Below the pieces are notes generated by a model. It did not search any database and had not been told where the DNA came from. It was given only the letters and a program-made list of their open reading frames with translations. The translations under genes were made by a program, and so were the position numbers. Below are positions 1-11,948 of a stretch of 64,000 bases of DNA, piece by piece (the stretch's first letter is position 1; each line of letters begins with the position of its first letter). The DNA is from Antedon mediterranea (taxonomy: Eukaryota; Animalia; Echinodermata), in contig NC_092671.1 of NCBI RefSeq assembly GCF_964355755.1, positions 6,882,001 to 6,946,000 of the forward strand. The letters are read 5' to 3'.

Positions 1-299
1 AGAGAATTATAAGGCACAATCTGTAAGATTCTATTTCAAATGTCTATTTGTTGGGTGGTCAAGTTTGTTATTTCCCCCATGCTTGCAAACATAATTATTT
101 TAAGAAAATTTAAGTTTTTTGTGTTTTGAGAGTAGGAGAAACATAAGAAACATAATAATAAGACTGATCCACAAAAAAATGGTTTTGTTATAAATCTGTC
201 CTAAATTGTGTAATAAGTTTTAAATAATACTGTAAGTGTACAAACTGTAAGCTACAGAAGAGCCTCACCCCTCACAACTCCTTTGGACACTCTTGTCAT

Positions 300-478
300 A
301 GCGTGGTTCCCACTAGAACGTAATGCAAGGACGTAAACGCAACGCAAGCGTTTAAACCAATGACAAGCGAAGTTATAGACAGTTAACAATCACAAGTGAA
401 TAAGCCATCGCTTGTGATTGGTCAATTCACTTGCGTTGCGTTACGTCCTTGCGTTGCGTCGCTAGTGGAAACAACGCT
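300..478. mobile_element. Palindromic MITE, PIF/Harbinger-like (family B)
   Basis: Arms AGCGTGGTTCCCACTAG...CTAGTGGAAACAACGCT with long internal inverted CAACGCAAG/CTTGCGTTG repeats; a related diverged copy lies at ~58030-58187. Confidence 0.65.
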
Positions 479-616
479 TAAGGGGACAGTAATAATACAA
501 TCTAGAGCATCATTTCTTCTGAAAAATAATACAATTATATAAGATAATAAAAGATAAACAAACCCAAATGTAACAAATATATATTTAGAATGATTTTACT
601 TTGTTATTTATTTTAG

Positions 617-3600
617 GTTTTTGATGAAAATGAAGAATCTCCTTCAGAGAAGTATTCCTCCTCACAACGTCATAAACGAGCGACAGTCAATTACAACAAC
701 AAAGGCTGTACTTTGTATCTTCAAGCTGATCATACATACACCGCGCTCTTTAACAATGATGAGAACGAGGTGATCGCCGAGCTCCATGACCATGTCACGG
801 CTGTAAACAGTATTTACGAAAACACACGCTTTGGTGAATGGGGCAACGGCATCGGATTTGAAGTGGATAGGATACGTATCAACGGCACTCAAGAAGAAAA
901 CGACCCATCAAACCCGTTTGGAATGAACAATATCGGTGTCGAGAAATTTCTCGAATTGAATTCGTTACAAAACCATAACGATTATTGTCTCGCGTACGTA
1001 TTTGCTAATCGTGATTTCAATGACGGAGTTCTTGGGTTGGCATGGGTTGGATCTGCTGGTGGAACCTCTGGTGGTATTTGCGAAGATTTTAAGAAGTTTA
1101 CTGGTGGATCTCAAAGTCTTAACACGGGTATTGTGACGGTTAAGAACTATGGCCAAAGGGTTCCGTCAAAAGTCTCTCACATCACGTTTGCACACGAACT
1201 CGGACATAACTTTGGATCTCCAGTAAGTATGGTAGTAATAATTGTAGTCTACTACTCAATATTATTTTTCAGTACTACTGTATTGCCATAAGATTTGTCA
1301 CTACATTTTAAATTATCATACACTATTAAATAATAATAAATTTAATTTATAAAGCGCTTCATAATGACAGAAACAAACTCTAAGCGCTGTTCATAAAAAT
1401 AACATAAACATCTGGTCAGCTTAATCTAAAGCAATCAATACCAACAATTTAAAAATTACACAACAAAAAAAAGACATAATAATATACAAACGAGAACAGT
1501 CTATTCAGTTAATAAACAAAAATTTAAAAAAGAAACTTTTTTTTTGTTTCCAAAATAAGTTCCAAATATAGTTACCTCATCTTGGGTCATTGGCAAATTT
1601 GTTATTTTATCTCTATAAAACTTTTTAGATTGATTTTGGTACACATGTTTAACAATACTAAAGAGAAATGAATTTTATTCTCATTTGCATTTATTCTTTT
1701 TTTGTAAACAAAGTTGACGCACTATTATGACATGATAACCTGCAATGCAAATAAGCATATTTTTTATAACAAGATAAATATAAACTATATTTCAGCATGA
1801 TTACCCATCACATTGTCGGCCTGGCGATGGAGCTGGCTCAGATGCACGTAAGAGTGGTAACTACATCATGTATGCAAGCGCAACATCTGGAGATCGCACA
1901 AACAACAACCTGTTCTCGTCATGCAGTATAGGTAACATGACCAAAGTGTTGGATGCGAAGGCCTCAAAATGTTTTGTTCCAGGTAAGCTGCACCAGGAAA
2001 TACATGGGTTTTGGTTTTCTTTCACACCTATGTAAAGGGAACGTGATTGTATGCTTGCTGGAATTATTTCCGGCAAATATATTTATATTAAGCATCTTTC
2101 ACACCTGCTCCGCGACGGTTCCTGTCCAGCAAATCAAATCGAACGTAAATGTTCAACCATCATAATCTACCAAAGTACCAGGATGGTCCATTACAGTCCC
2201 TCTCTGCAAACCTCACAAAAATTTCAAAAAACTATAATTCATTTCTTTTATTTTGGCTGTTCAAAATGATGGACAGCCAATAAGGCACCTAAAATTAACC
2301 TTATTAAAATTATTTTATTAGTTACTGGTGATCGTGAAGTTTGTGGAAATCGTATTGTTGAAGGCAAAGAAGAATGCGACTGCGGTTATGCTGATCAATG
2401 CGAAGACAAATGCTGTACTCCACGAAGTGAGGGAAGTAGTACTAGTGGTTGTACACTTGCTATTGCTGCCCCCATCTCAGCGAAGTGTAGCCCTTCACAA
2501 GGACAGTGTTGCAATTCAACTACATGTGATTATGTGAGCATTGATGCCATGTTAACATGTCGTAGTGATTCGGATTGCAGCGGAGAAGCACTATGCAGAT
2601 ATCCTTTAACTTTTATCTATAACAAATCAGTTTAATATTCTAAATTATGTATGGCCAAGGGACAAAAATGTTGTTGTTCTCATCAGCACTTCTCAAATCA
2701 CAACCAATACTGTTGATTAACATATCATGTACTTTTTAATAGTCTCTCATATAAAACAAATCACAACCAATACTGTTGGTCAACATGTTAACACAGTCTC
2801 TCATATAAAATACAAATCACAACCAATACTGTTGGTCAACATATGTAGTTTTTTAACAGTGTCTCATATAATACAAATCACAACCAATACTGTTGGTCAA
2901 CATATCATGTAGTTTTTAGTCAAAGTAAAATTGTTTGCAAGTCATAAACAAAATCTGTTTGTTCTCTACGCTAAAAAAAGTAGTAGAAGCAGGACCAGGA
3001 ACTTTACTGTTGAAATAAGTGGAGTTATTTTCAATTTAAAGGCACATTTTATTTATTTATTATGAGAGAGAAAGAGAGAGAGAGAGTTTGTGTGTTTGTT
3101 TCCTGCAATGAAATACATAGTACAACAACATTTTAAACTACATTTTGAAAACCACCCTGAGACGGGTATCTTTCCTAGTATATATAAATTAGTATAAACA
3201 AGTTTAAACTTTACAAAGAATAAGTGCTTTTTCCTTGACTGCATTCTTCCTACTGGTGGCAGTGCGGTATGTCCTCCTTCAGAACATAAAGCCAACCAAT
3301 CATTTTGCAACAACTTCAAACAGATATGTTATGATGGGGTAAGTTTTCTGTAGCTAAAGGTTCCTCTTAAGCCAATTTCTACTGGAGTGGAGATGTAGCG
3401 TGGTGGTTGAGATGCTCAGCGGCTACCAATCCAAGGGTTCTAGGATCGAGTCCTGTCATTTGTTGAGATTTTCTTATGGCAAAAAAACAACTCCACTCCC
3501 AAAGACTTGTAAAGGCCAATTTACACAGACGAGCGGTAGCGGTAAGCAGAAAGCTTTTCCCACGTAGAATATGTATCTACAGTATCCTGAGCGGAAATCT

Positions 3601-6088
3601 CCCATCCGCTCCGTGTTGTGTGTAAATGATCATAAGGAATAAATGTAACCGCTCCTCTGTTTAAATTGGCTTTAATGAGTGGGTGAGTGGCCGAGCGGTT
3701 AAGACAGTGGAACCGTAATTACGTAGCCATAACATCGACAGGGGTTCGAGGCTCACTCACTCCATGGTTCTGGTGGTAGAACAAGTCTTCTCGGATAAGG
3801 ACTATAAACCGTAGGTCCAGTGTACACATCTAGCTCGTGTGTACTTCAAAGAACCTAGTACATCTTTCGAGACGAGTAGGGGGTTACCTCGGTGTATTAG
3901 TACATCACAGTCACTGATCATAACTGGGCCCTCTGGGAGACCAGTCTTTGACTAAAGAGGTTACCCAGTATAAATATGTATTTCATAGTGAATGAATGGT
4001 TATCCTTAGTTATATAAAAGAGAAGAAGAGAGATATCCATTGACTTTGTCTTTGGATATATCATTGTCTTAAAGTTGGCAATGACGTAAATTTATAATTA
4101 TAATAATTGTAGTAGAAATAAAAATGGAAAAACTTACAAAGGAAAACGTCCATAATTTGATTATTGCTTCATTTATGTCTGATAGCGTAAAAAAAATGTT
4201 TCTGGCTATCTAGTTATTGACTACCAGGACTTAAAAATTGCTTTATGTTCATTAGGCCTACCATAAATATATTTTTTTGTGTGTGAATATTTATTAGGAA
4301 TGTTCCGGATCAGTTTGTGATATTTTCGACGGATTGGAAGCATGCTATTGTGGTCTACCAGCTAGCCCAAGTGATGAGGACAACAAGCAACTTTGTCATA
4401 TCTGCTGTCAGCAAATAGGTAAGGCCTAACAATTTACAATTGACTTTCATGTGCAGACCCAGGGGCTAGCACTTGGTGTGTGCCCATTGTCTTTTTGACG
4501 GCCAAAGTGGAATTATGAAAATTTAATTGTGACTGGAGAGACCGTAGAAGTTTATTTATAGTATATTTATATTATTATCGCATTCATTTTTGTAAGATTC
4601 TTAGATAGTTTGTGGAGTCCACTGCAAGAAATGCTGTACTATGGCTAACCTGCAAAAACGTCTATGTGTTATCATTTCTGAAAAACAGAATATACTTGTG
4701 TCCCGTAATTTACTGTATATACTAGTCTATATATAGATCTAAAGGCAAATTAAAGAAAAAAATTACAATGCTGTGGGTAACAGTTGCTGGATCTCAATGA
4801 AGATACAAAATAAGAAAAAAGCTAAATCAAAACGAAAAAATAAAACAGCCAGAAAAATAGTCTAGTCTATATATAGTATACACTGTATAAACTATATGAC
4901 ACAAAAGAGACACAATAAAGCATTCTAAACATAAATGTACTCACTTTATTCACAGGTCAGGAAGACACTTGTAAAAGCAGTACAGAGATACCAGAAATGA
5001 GTGACATCATCACTCAATATGGTGAAACGTATCCCGATGAAAAGAACAACGAGGAGAAGGTTCTATTCCAACCTGCTGGTACGCCATGTAATAACTTCAA
5101 CGGTTACTGTGATGTGTTTTATAAATGCCGCGATGTTGATTCTAGCGGACCTCTGTCTCGTCTCACTACAGCTCTTTTCAATCCGGAGCTTTACCAGGAT
5201 ATTGCTGATTGGATAAAGGTAAACATTGTAGTTTCTGCAGTAAAATCATGGTTTAGACAAACAACAAAGCCATGTCTGCTTTATTTGGATTACGAAAGCA
5301 AATATACAGAACCCACTTAATTATAATCAACAATTACAATTCAGTTTTTTTTGTTTTGTATATACTTAAATAGACCAAATAAATAATGAAATGAAATGAA
5401 ATATCTACGAATTTGAAGAGAATTTATTATTTTTTCAGTTTAGTCATTAGTTTTTCGTTCATGCCTGTCTTATTTATATAAGAAAAAACACCTATGCATA
5501 TTTTTGTTACATCACTTTGATGTTTCCACAGCGCTTTACACAAATTCAAACCATTATTAACAGTTATAAATATCCATGGGTTTTATAGAAACCGATATTT
5601 ATTTGGGCTAGCCAAATGTTGGACCACTTGGACTACAAATCATTTTTTTTTAATTTCTAGTTGGAAAAAAATGTTTTCTTTTTCAATCAATCTTACTATC
5701 TGCTGCAGTACAACTTGCATTGGTTTATAGTTAAAAAATAATACATTTTAATATTTCTTTTCTTCAGCAAAACTGGTGGGCGACAGCATTGATAGGTCTC
5801 TGCATTGTACTACTAATGGGACTGTTCATTGCATGTTGTAGCGTGCACACACCGAGCAGTAACCCTAACATGAAAAAAGCAAGGGACCTACCAGGTGCTC
5901 AGACGCTCCGCCGTCGACGTAAACCACAGGGTGCACCTTCTCAAGGTGGCAGGCCTCAGAGCAGGCCCCAGAGCAGACCCCAGAGTAATCCCCAAGGCAG
6001 ACCCCAGAGTAATCCCCAAGGCAGACCCCAGAGTCGGCCACAAAGCCGACCCCCGCCATATTCGTTTGGAGATTATGAGATGGCTTAG
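617..6088 (+). CDS. ADAM10: ADAM10/Kuzbanian-like metalloprotease-disintegrin, paralog 1 (5' exons lie outside the window)
   Basis: Exons 617-1222, 1796-1982, 2322-2598, 3254-3338, 4298-4418, 4956-5218 and 5768-6088 join in frame. Furin site RHKR, zinc motif [10 protein letters not shown]|H, Met-turn GNYIMYA, disintegrin [15 protein letters not shown], Cys-rich [15 protein letters not shown] helix, then [10 protein letters not shown] as in ADAM10. Confidence 0.93.
2599..3253 (+). other. U12-type AT-AC intron in ADAM10 paralog 1
   Basis: 5' site ATATCCTTT at 2599, branch point TTCCTTGAC at 3231-3239, 3' end CTAC at 3253. Splicing restores the frame (...[13 protein letters not shown]). Confidence 0.92.
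2695..2915. repeat. Tandem repeat, ~60-bp unit, about 4 copies
   Basis: AAATCACAACCAATACTGTTGGTCAACAT recurs at ~2695, 2758, 2814 and 2875. Confidence 0.85.
3385..3512 (+). mobile_element. tRNA-derived SINE (family 1)
   Basis: A-box-like GTAGCGTGGTGG, core GGCTACCAATCCAAGGGT, B-box-like GGATCGAGTCC, tail AACTCCACTCCCAAAGACTTGTAA. Further copies at ~16436-16540 and ~46397-46500. Confidence 0.75.
3513..3672. mobile_element. MITE with terminal inverted repeats, Harbinger-like
   Basis: AGGCCAATTTACACAGACGAGCGG ... CCGCTCCTCTGTTTAAATTGGCTT, flanked by TAA. Confidence 0.6.
3677..3975 (+). mobile_element. tRNA-derived SINE with a Deu/Nin-type central domain
   Basis: tRNA head TGGCCGAGCGGTTAAG...GGTTCGAGGC, then GGATAAGGACTATAAACCGTAGGTCC...AAAGAACCTAGTACATCTTTCGAGACGAGTAGGGGGTTACCTCGGTG, which resembles the DeuSINE/Nin core as recalled from memory (not searched). 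Confidence 0.7.
4737..4861 (-). mobile_element. 5'-truncated copy of the hammerhead retroelement
   Basis: Matches 51255-51380 and the reverse complement of 34288-34415. Flanked by the 15-bp direct repeat CTAGTCTATATATAG (4722-4736 and 4862-4876). Confidence 0.8.
5950..6052 (+). repeat. Coding tandem repeat (RPQS/NPQG, 12-bp units) in the ADAM10 paralog 1 cytoplasmic tail
   Basis: Translates as [38 protein letters not shown]. Confidence 0.85.
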
Positions 6089-7509
6089 GTATTTGCAGTT
6101 ATATATTTTTTTGTCTATGTATTAAAGGGGTTTTGTGAAACTCAGATTTATGAATCGTTGAAAAATAGATCTATTTTCTTAAAATGTATAATTTGTTTTT
6201 AGTCATCAATTTACTAGCGAGCTATTTTTAATTAACTCTTGGTAAGAATTTAAAATGCAAATGAATAGACTTTTTAAATAGCTAGAGCTTGTCTATTTAA
6301 TGGATTGGTCGCAACTTACTTTTCATTTAAGTGTAGGTAAATAATGTACCGTGCTTGATCGAATAAGCACATTGTGTAGCACAGTCAAATAAGCATTGCA
6401 ATTTTTAATGCTATGCGTTAGTTAGTTTAAACCTGAGGCAGTAACCAATATGAAGATATGTAAGCAAATAAGCAGTGCTCAATTGAGAACTGCTGACTGT
6501 GAGCACAGGGTATAAACTCACCTTGGCTGCTTAGTTTAGGTTAATGAACACATTTGCCAAAACGCTTTAAACATCACCAAAACCGGAACGCATCAAAAAC
6601 AATGTCCCCGCTTATTTGATCATTTACACTCGGTACTTATTTGAATAGAAGTTACTTTTTTTATTTGATTGATTGAGATACTTTGTATCCTTTCTGTATT
6701 TCATTTATTGATTATTAATTGTTAAATGCAATTTATGAATACCCTTGATCCAAATATTATTTAACTTTCTTTCAGGCAATCTTTGTTTTGTAAGATGGAT
6801 AAATAAGTGTATATTATCCATAAGTATTTTATTTATTGAATCAAATCATTAGAATTGATTCAATAAATGAAACTTATAATGTTGTGTACTACTATTACAA
6901 GCCAAATACAACGTTTACTTTTAGTTAATATTGACTGATCACAGAGGAATAAAAATTCTTGCTCATATTAGAATAGCTAAGTATACACAACTGGGTCTGC
7001 TGTAGGCCCAAGTTTTACCAGAATATTTACAAGAAAGCACTGTTTAATGTAGACCCACACCAATATATAATTACATTTTTATTACATTTTAAAAAATATT
7101 ATGAACATTTCTTCACTTCAAAGGTAACGTATTCAATGTAGACTTTTTTGGAGATGAGCAAACTAAAGCAAAAACAATTTAACTTGATATAATATATGGA
7201 ATTACCAGTACACTTAAGAATAGGTATACTACTTGTAGATTTTAGAAGAAGGTAATGAGGCGTGACCAGTTTAATTGGTTAAAGAAAATAACATGAGACT
7301 GCATGCACAGTAGAAACCCTTTTATGGGGGACAACTTTATGACCCGACAATGCAAAGTGTCCTTTTAAAAGGGGTATCTATAAAAAGTGTTGTCACGAAT
7401 GTATACATTAAAAAAATGGATGAAAACAACAGATAATACAAACACAAGAAACCCATTTCACACTAATAAACTAAATACTAAACAAACTGGGATGTATAGA
7501 CACTGCTAA

Positions 7510-7642
7510 AGCTCTGTCTACACTAACAAACTAGTTTGACAAAAGTGTGATGTGCCCAAATATGGTAGTGATATGACATCATCGTGTCTATATATGGGCA
7601 CATCGCATTTTGTTGTCACAAAGTTTGATAGTGTAGATAGCT
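7510..7642. mobile_element. Harbinger/Tourist-like MITE (family A)
   Basis: TIR AGCTCTGTCTACACTA...TAGTGTAGA(C)AG(AG)CT with internal TGTGATGTGCCCAAATATGGTAGTGATATG and TWA flanks. Confidence 0.85.
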
Positions 7643-7800
7643 TTAGGTCTGGACTAGGAACATTTCCATTAAATTATATAAATCGATTCCAATATAATTA
7701 CTGAAATATGACAAATTAGGTACAAATATATTAAAACACTGAATTAATGAAGAAGAATGTCCAAATGGTTCAATAACTTTTATTCTTTTATAGATATATA

Positions 7801-8081
7801 TGTTTTATAATTTTAATGTTTGACTCTTTTTTCTTGCATGAAGATTACATAAATAGATTTTCAAAAATCGGGTATGGTTATAATTACATCTGAACTGCTA
7901 GCATAGTAGTAATCATCATTAAGCTATTGTGTTTATATTATCTTTGATGAAGACATCACTATGTGTACGAAAAAAAAGCTTCTGGGAAAGATAATGGCAT
8001 TGTGGGAAAAAAATTGTCTTCCTGGTGTATCCGAGGTGTGAACTAAAAGAGCAAGAAAGGAAGTATGTATGTAGTACTAAT
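7801..8081. repeat. ~280-bp dispersed direct repeat, copy 1 (copy 2 at ~9626-9907)
   Basis: Near-identical sequence from TGTTTTATAATTTTAATGTTTGACTC to GTATGTATGTAGTACTAAT. Confidence 0.9.
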
Positions 8082-8169
8082 GTGGTTAAGAACCATTTTG
8101 TTTTAGAGAAAATGTACTTGGTATGAAGTGTAGCTGTCTGAGGTATGCAAGTCTAATCTAAACTTTTAA

Positions 8170-8303
8170 ACCTGTCCATACTATTGAACTTTATGTGACA
8201 AAAAATGTGATGTGCCCATATATGGACATGATGATGTCATATCACTACCATATTTGGTCATATCACTACCATACCAACTAGTTTGATAGTGTAGACAGAG
8301 CCT
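8170..8303. mobile_element. MITE family A copy
   Basis: Intact right TIR GTTTGATAGTGTAGACAGAGC and the same internal repeats. Confidence 0.8.
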
Positions 8304-9625
8304 AAGAAGACTATTCTTGAATACTAAAGTACTAACTGTTGTATTTTGCCTCAGTGGGGTTTGGGGTGGGGTTGTATTTGACATTAGAAAGAGGCTTTGA
8401 TTAATCTGAAACTTTAAATCTAATAATGTGTAATAAAACGTTTAAAATTCTTCTGTTTCTAATTGTAAAGATTTCATAATATCTATATGATTGGTTACAG
8501 TTTTTATGTTTTTTTTTATAAAAGCAATTATGACTTTGTCTTGTTGGATGTCTATGACAATACTGTAAATTTTTTGAGGACGAAAATGTAAAAAAAATGA
8601 ATAAGAATTGGAGTGTTTGTGATTTTACTCGCGTTACTTTCCAATAAAATGTGTACAATTCTTGAATATTATATCTAACAATTATTGATTGAAGACTTTC
8701 ATATTTGTATTATTCATATTTATATTTTGTTTATCTCATATCATATTCTTGTACTGTAGTCTAGTTTATATTTAACAGTATGCATTGTATCACACTTACT
8801 CAGGACTTGTTTTTGAGAACTTACATGAATCACAATTTTGTTTAAAATTTGATTGGCCTATACCATATTCAGTGTATTAAATTCTGAACAGTCGTTACCT
8901 CATCGAGATCAGCAACAGGCTCATCATGTTCAGCGACAAGCCCATCATAGTTAGCGGCATGCCCATCATGGTTAGCAAAAGGCCAATCATGTTCAGCAAA
9001 TGTAAAAAATGACAATTGTGTTTTCAGATTATTAAACACTAAACCTTGCAATGTTACAGTTTAATTATTGTTATTACAATTATTTTATTATTTAATCAAA
9101 GTGATATATTGTTTATGTATTTGATATACTTTTATAGAACTACTGTACTTCATTGACTTTGTGTTTTTAAGTTGTTAATTTTTTTTTAATTATAGAATAT
9201 GACACACTTTGAGCACAATTACGTTTACCATATATATTTTTAGAAGTTGATTTTTGATGTTAAAAATAATACTTAAATACATTGATTAGCAAAAAAATAA
9301 TATTGTGTATGTTGTTTGATAATAAATAATAACAGGTTTTCATCATCTTTTATTTTTGATGTACAGAAAATTTTTTTTTTAATTACAAAACTTCCAACAT
9401 TATTTGATGACATAACTGGTTACTATGGATCTATAATATATGGCTATATATTGAAATATTATTGCATATTGAATTTAGAAAGGTCAAATTTTGGTGAATG
9501 AGTTTCGAAACTAACCCAAATTCGATCCTATTATATTTTTTGACATAACTCGTTGCTATGGCTTCATAAGTCGTTGCTATGGCTTCATAAGTCGATGATA
9601 ATATATGGCAACATAATAAGATAAT

Positions 9626-9907
9626 TGTTTTATAATTTTAATGTTTGACTCTTTTTTCTTGCATGAAGATTGCATAAATAGATTTTCAAAAATCGGGTAT
9701 GGTTATAATTACATCTGAACTGTTAGCATAGTAGTAATCATCATTAAGCTATTGTGTTTATAAATTATCTTTGATGAAGACATCACTATGTGTACGAAAA
9801 AAAAGCTTCTGGGAAAGATAATGGCATTGTGGGAAAAAATTGTCTTCCTGGTGTATCCGAGGTGTGAACTAAAACAGCAAGAAAGTTTGTATGTATGTAG
9901 TACTAAT
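9626..9907. repeat. ~280-bp dispersed direct repeat, copy 2
   Basis: Matches 7801-8081 with a few substitutions and indels. Confidence 0.9.
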
Positions 9908-11948
9908 TCAATAATAATTGAATTTTAAAAAGGTCATATTTTTGGGAAAATGCCCAAAATTAGACTACTAGTATAGTCAGGGAAGAATTCCCTTGCAACA
10001 GAACGTAAATAAATACATTGCTTAAACACAGAATTTAAAATAATAAATCCTTATTATTGAAATACAGGTACTGTATATAAACAGTTCTATTACAATCCAA
10101 CCTCTTGAATAAATATATATATTCAGCCTGATTAACATATTCAACATCTAACACGGATTTAAGTATCAAAATAAAAAAAAACCTAATAACTACAGTTATT
10201 GTAAGTACTGAAATGATATGTTCTGTGAAAGTAGAAGTAGGTAACGTAATTATAAAAACATGTATAAATAATAACACTAAATTTTTATCATTATTATAAG
10301 AATAATTTACATTTCAGGATTGAATTATGTTTGTGTATGTAAAGTCGCCATATTTTAAGGTATGAAAAACAATTCAATTTAGTTATACAGTAGCAAACTA
10401 GTTTTTATACCTTTTCAAAAACTGATGCACACACATAAAGTTATTTTAAATAAAAGTATATTACAGTGTAGTAGTATTACTGTAAACACACAAAAGCTCT
10501 CACAAATAAATATTAGAAATGAAATAATTGATATAATTAAGAATATCTACAAAATATTTATTAAAAAAAAACCTTAGTTTTAGAGAATATGTTACCTATA
10601 AAATATTTATCTTTGGATAGCAACAATGGACACATGCAAGTCGAACCCGGACAGAAGTTTGATACTATACCACTATATATTTACTACAATGAATCCCTGT
10701 ATATGTACTGTCGAAATTATCTCACACAAGCTGCATAGATTGTCAACATTTCTATTCATCATTTTATAAAATTGAAAGACTGAAAATAATAATTAAAAAA
10801 ATTGAGAACACAATATCAAAATTATCATTTTTTAAATATATATTAACTATGAAAAATGCAATCTTTTTTATTCTAATCTTATGATTAGATGAATAAAAAA
10901 TAAAATTCTTGTCATGCATTTTTTTTATTTTATTCTTACTGTACATTCTTACTTCTACATTGCATGCTTAGTCAGTCTCTTTCTGGCACACGGTCCAACA
11001 ATATCTTTCAATATTATATACATATTTTTAAAACAATATTTATGTTGTCAAGGTTACTAGTAATTGTACATTTTAAGTTATTGCCACAATTATTATAATG
11101 TGATTACCAATGTACGGCCATTTATAGAAAATATATGACTACATATTACTGTAATTTGCCAAAAATGATATATAGAAAATACATGACTATGTTTTTGCAA
11201 ATTTTTATTCTAAAAATGTCTGACTATAAAAGGCACCGTAATCACATATTTATATTTTATTTATTTTATGTTACCTGAACAGTTGACTACCCCAATGCTA
11301 GTTTACCATTTAAAGTGCATTCTGAGAGAGTTTACTGTATACTGTAAGCTACTGTTTTATTTTCGAAACAAATGTACACATTCTGTTGAAAATCTACTTA
11401 AAAACTAATAACCTACCTAATAAAATGAATTCCTAAGATGAAAACATTATTCAGTTATCCATAAACATTCATAATATGTAAAGGCTCTTATTTTAATTAA
11501 ATTGACTTTTTTATAACACCATTTTAAACTTTTCCCTGTATTCCTGCAGTATTACCAGGCATAACAAATAAATAATGCTTTTCTTCGTTACTACAGGGGG
11601 CTTGAAAATAATACATATTTTCATTATTTTTTTTCTCCCCATTGACACAACCCCTTTTCCCACCTTAAAACAAAAACGAATTTCAAATATAACTCTTTTT
11701 CGCCACAAAAAATAGAATTCACAGAGTGCAGTGAGAGGTTAATAAGGAATATACTATAAAAAGATGTAAAACAGTATACAAGTCATAGGCCACAAGATTG
11801 AAGCACACACTTTTGTATGAAAAAAATAACTATTCAAAAATGGATTGTACCCCTCATTTACCAATTAGCACAATGGCCTTTAGCTCTAAAAAAAATTACT
11901 GTTGCTATAAAGCCAAGTTTTTCTTAAAATAACACATTGATTGATAGT

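Noticed and set aside
3677-3765. tRNA gene
   Set aside because: A and B boxes are present but there is no proper cloverleaf, and the sequence continues into a SINE body. The same applies to 3385, 16436 and 46397.
6685-6775. U12 GT-AG intron suggested by GTATCCTTT
   Set aside because: No convincing TCCTTAAC branch point and no coding constraint; GTATCCTTT at ~26518 is simply a MITE end.
7801-9907. LTR retrotransposon (TRIM) interpretation of the 280-bp direct repeats
   Set aside because: No TG...CA termini, primer-binding site, polypurine tract or TSD could be seen.
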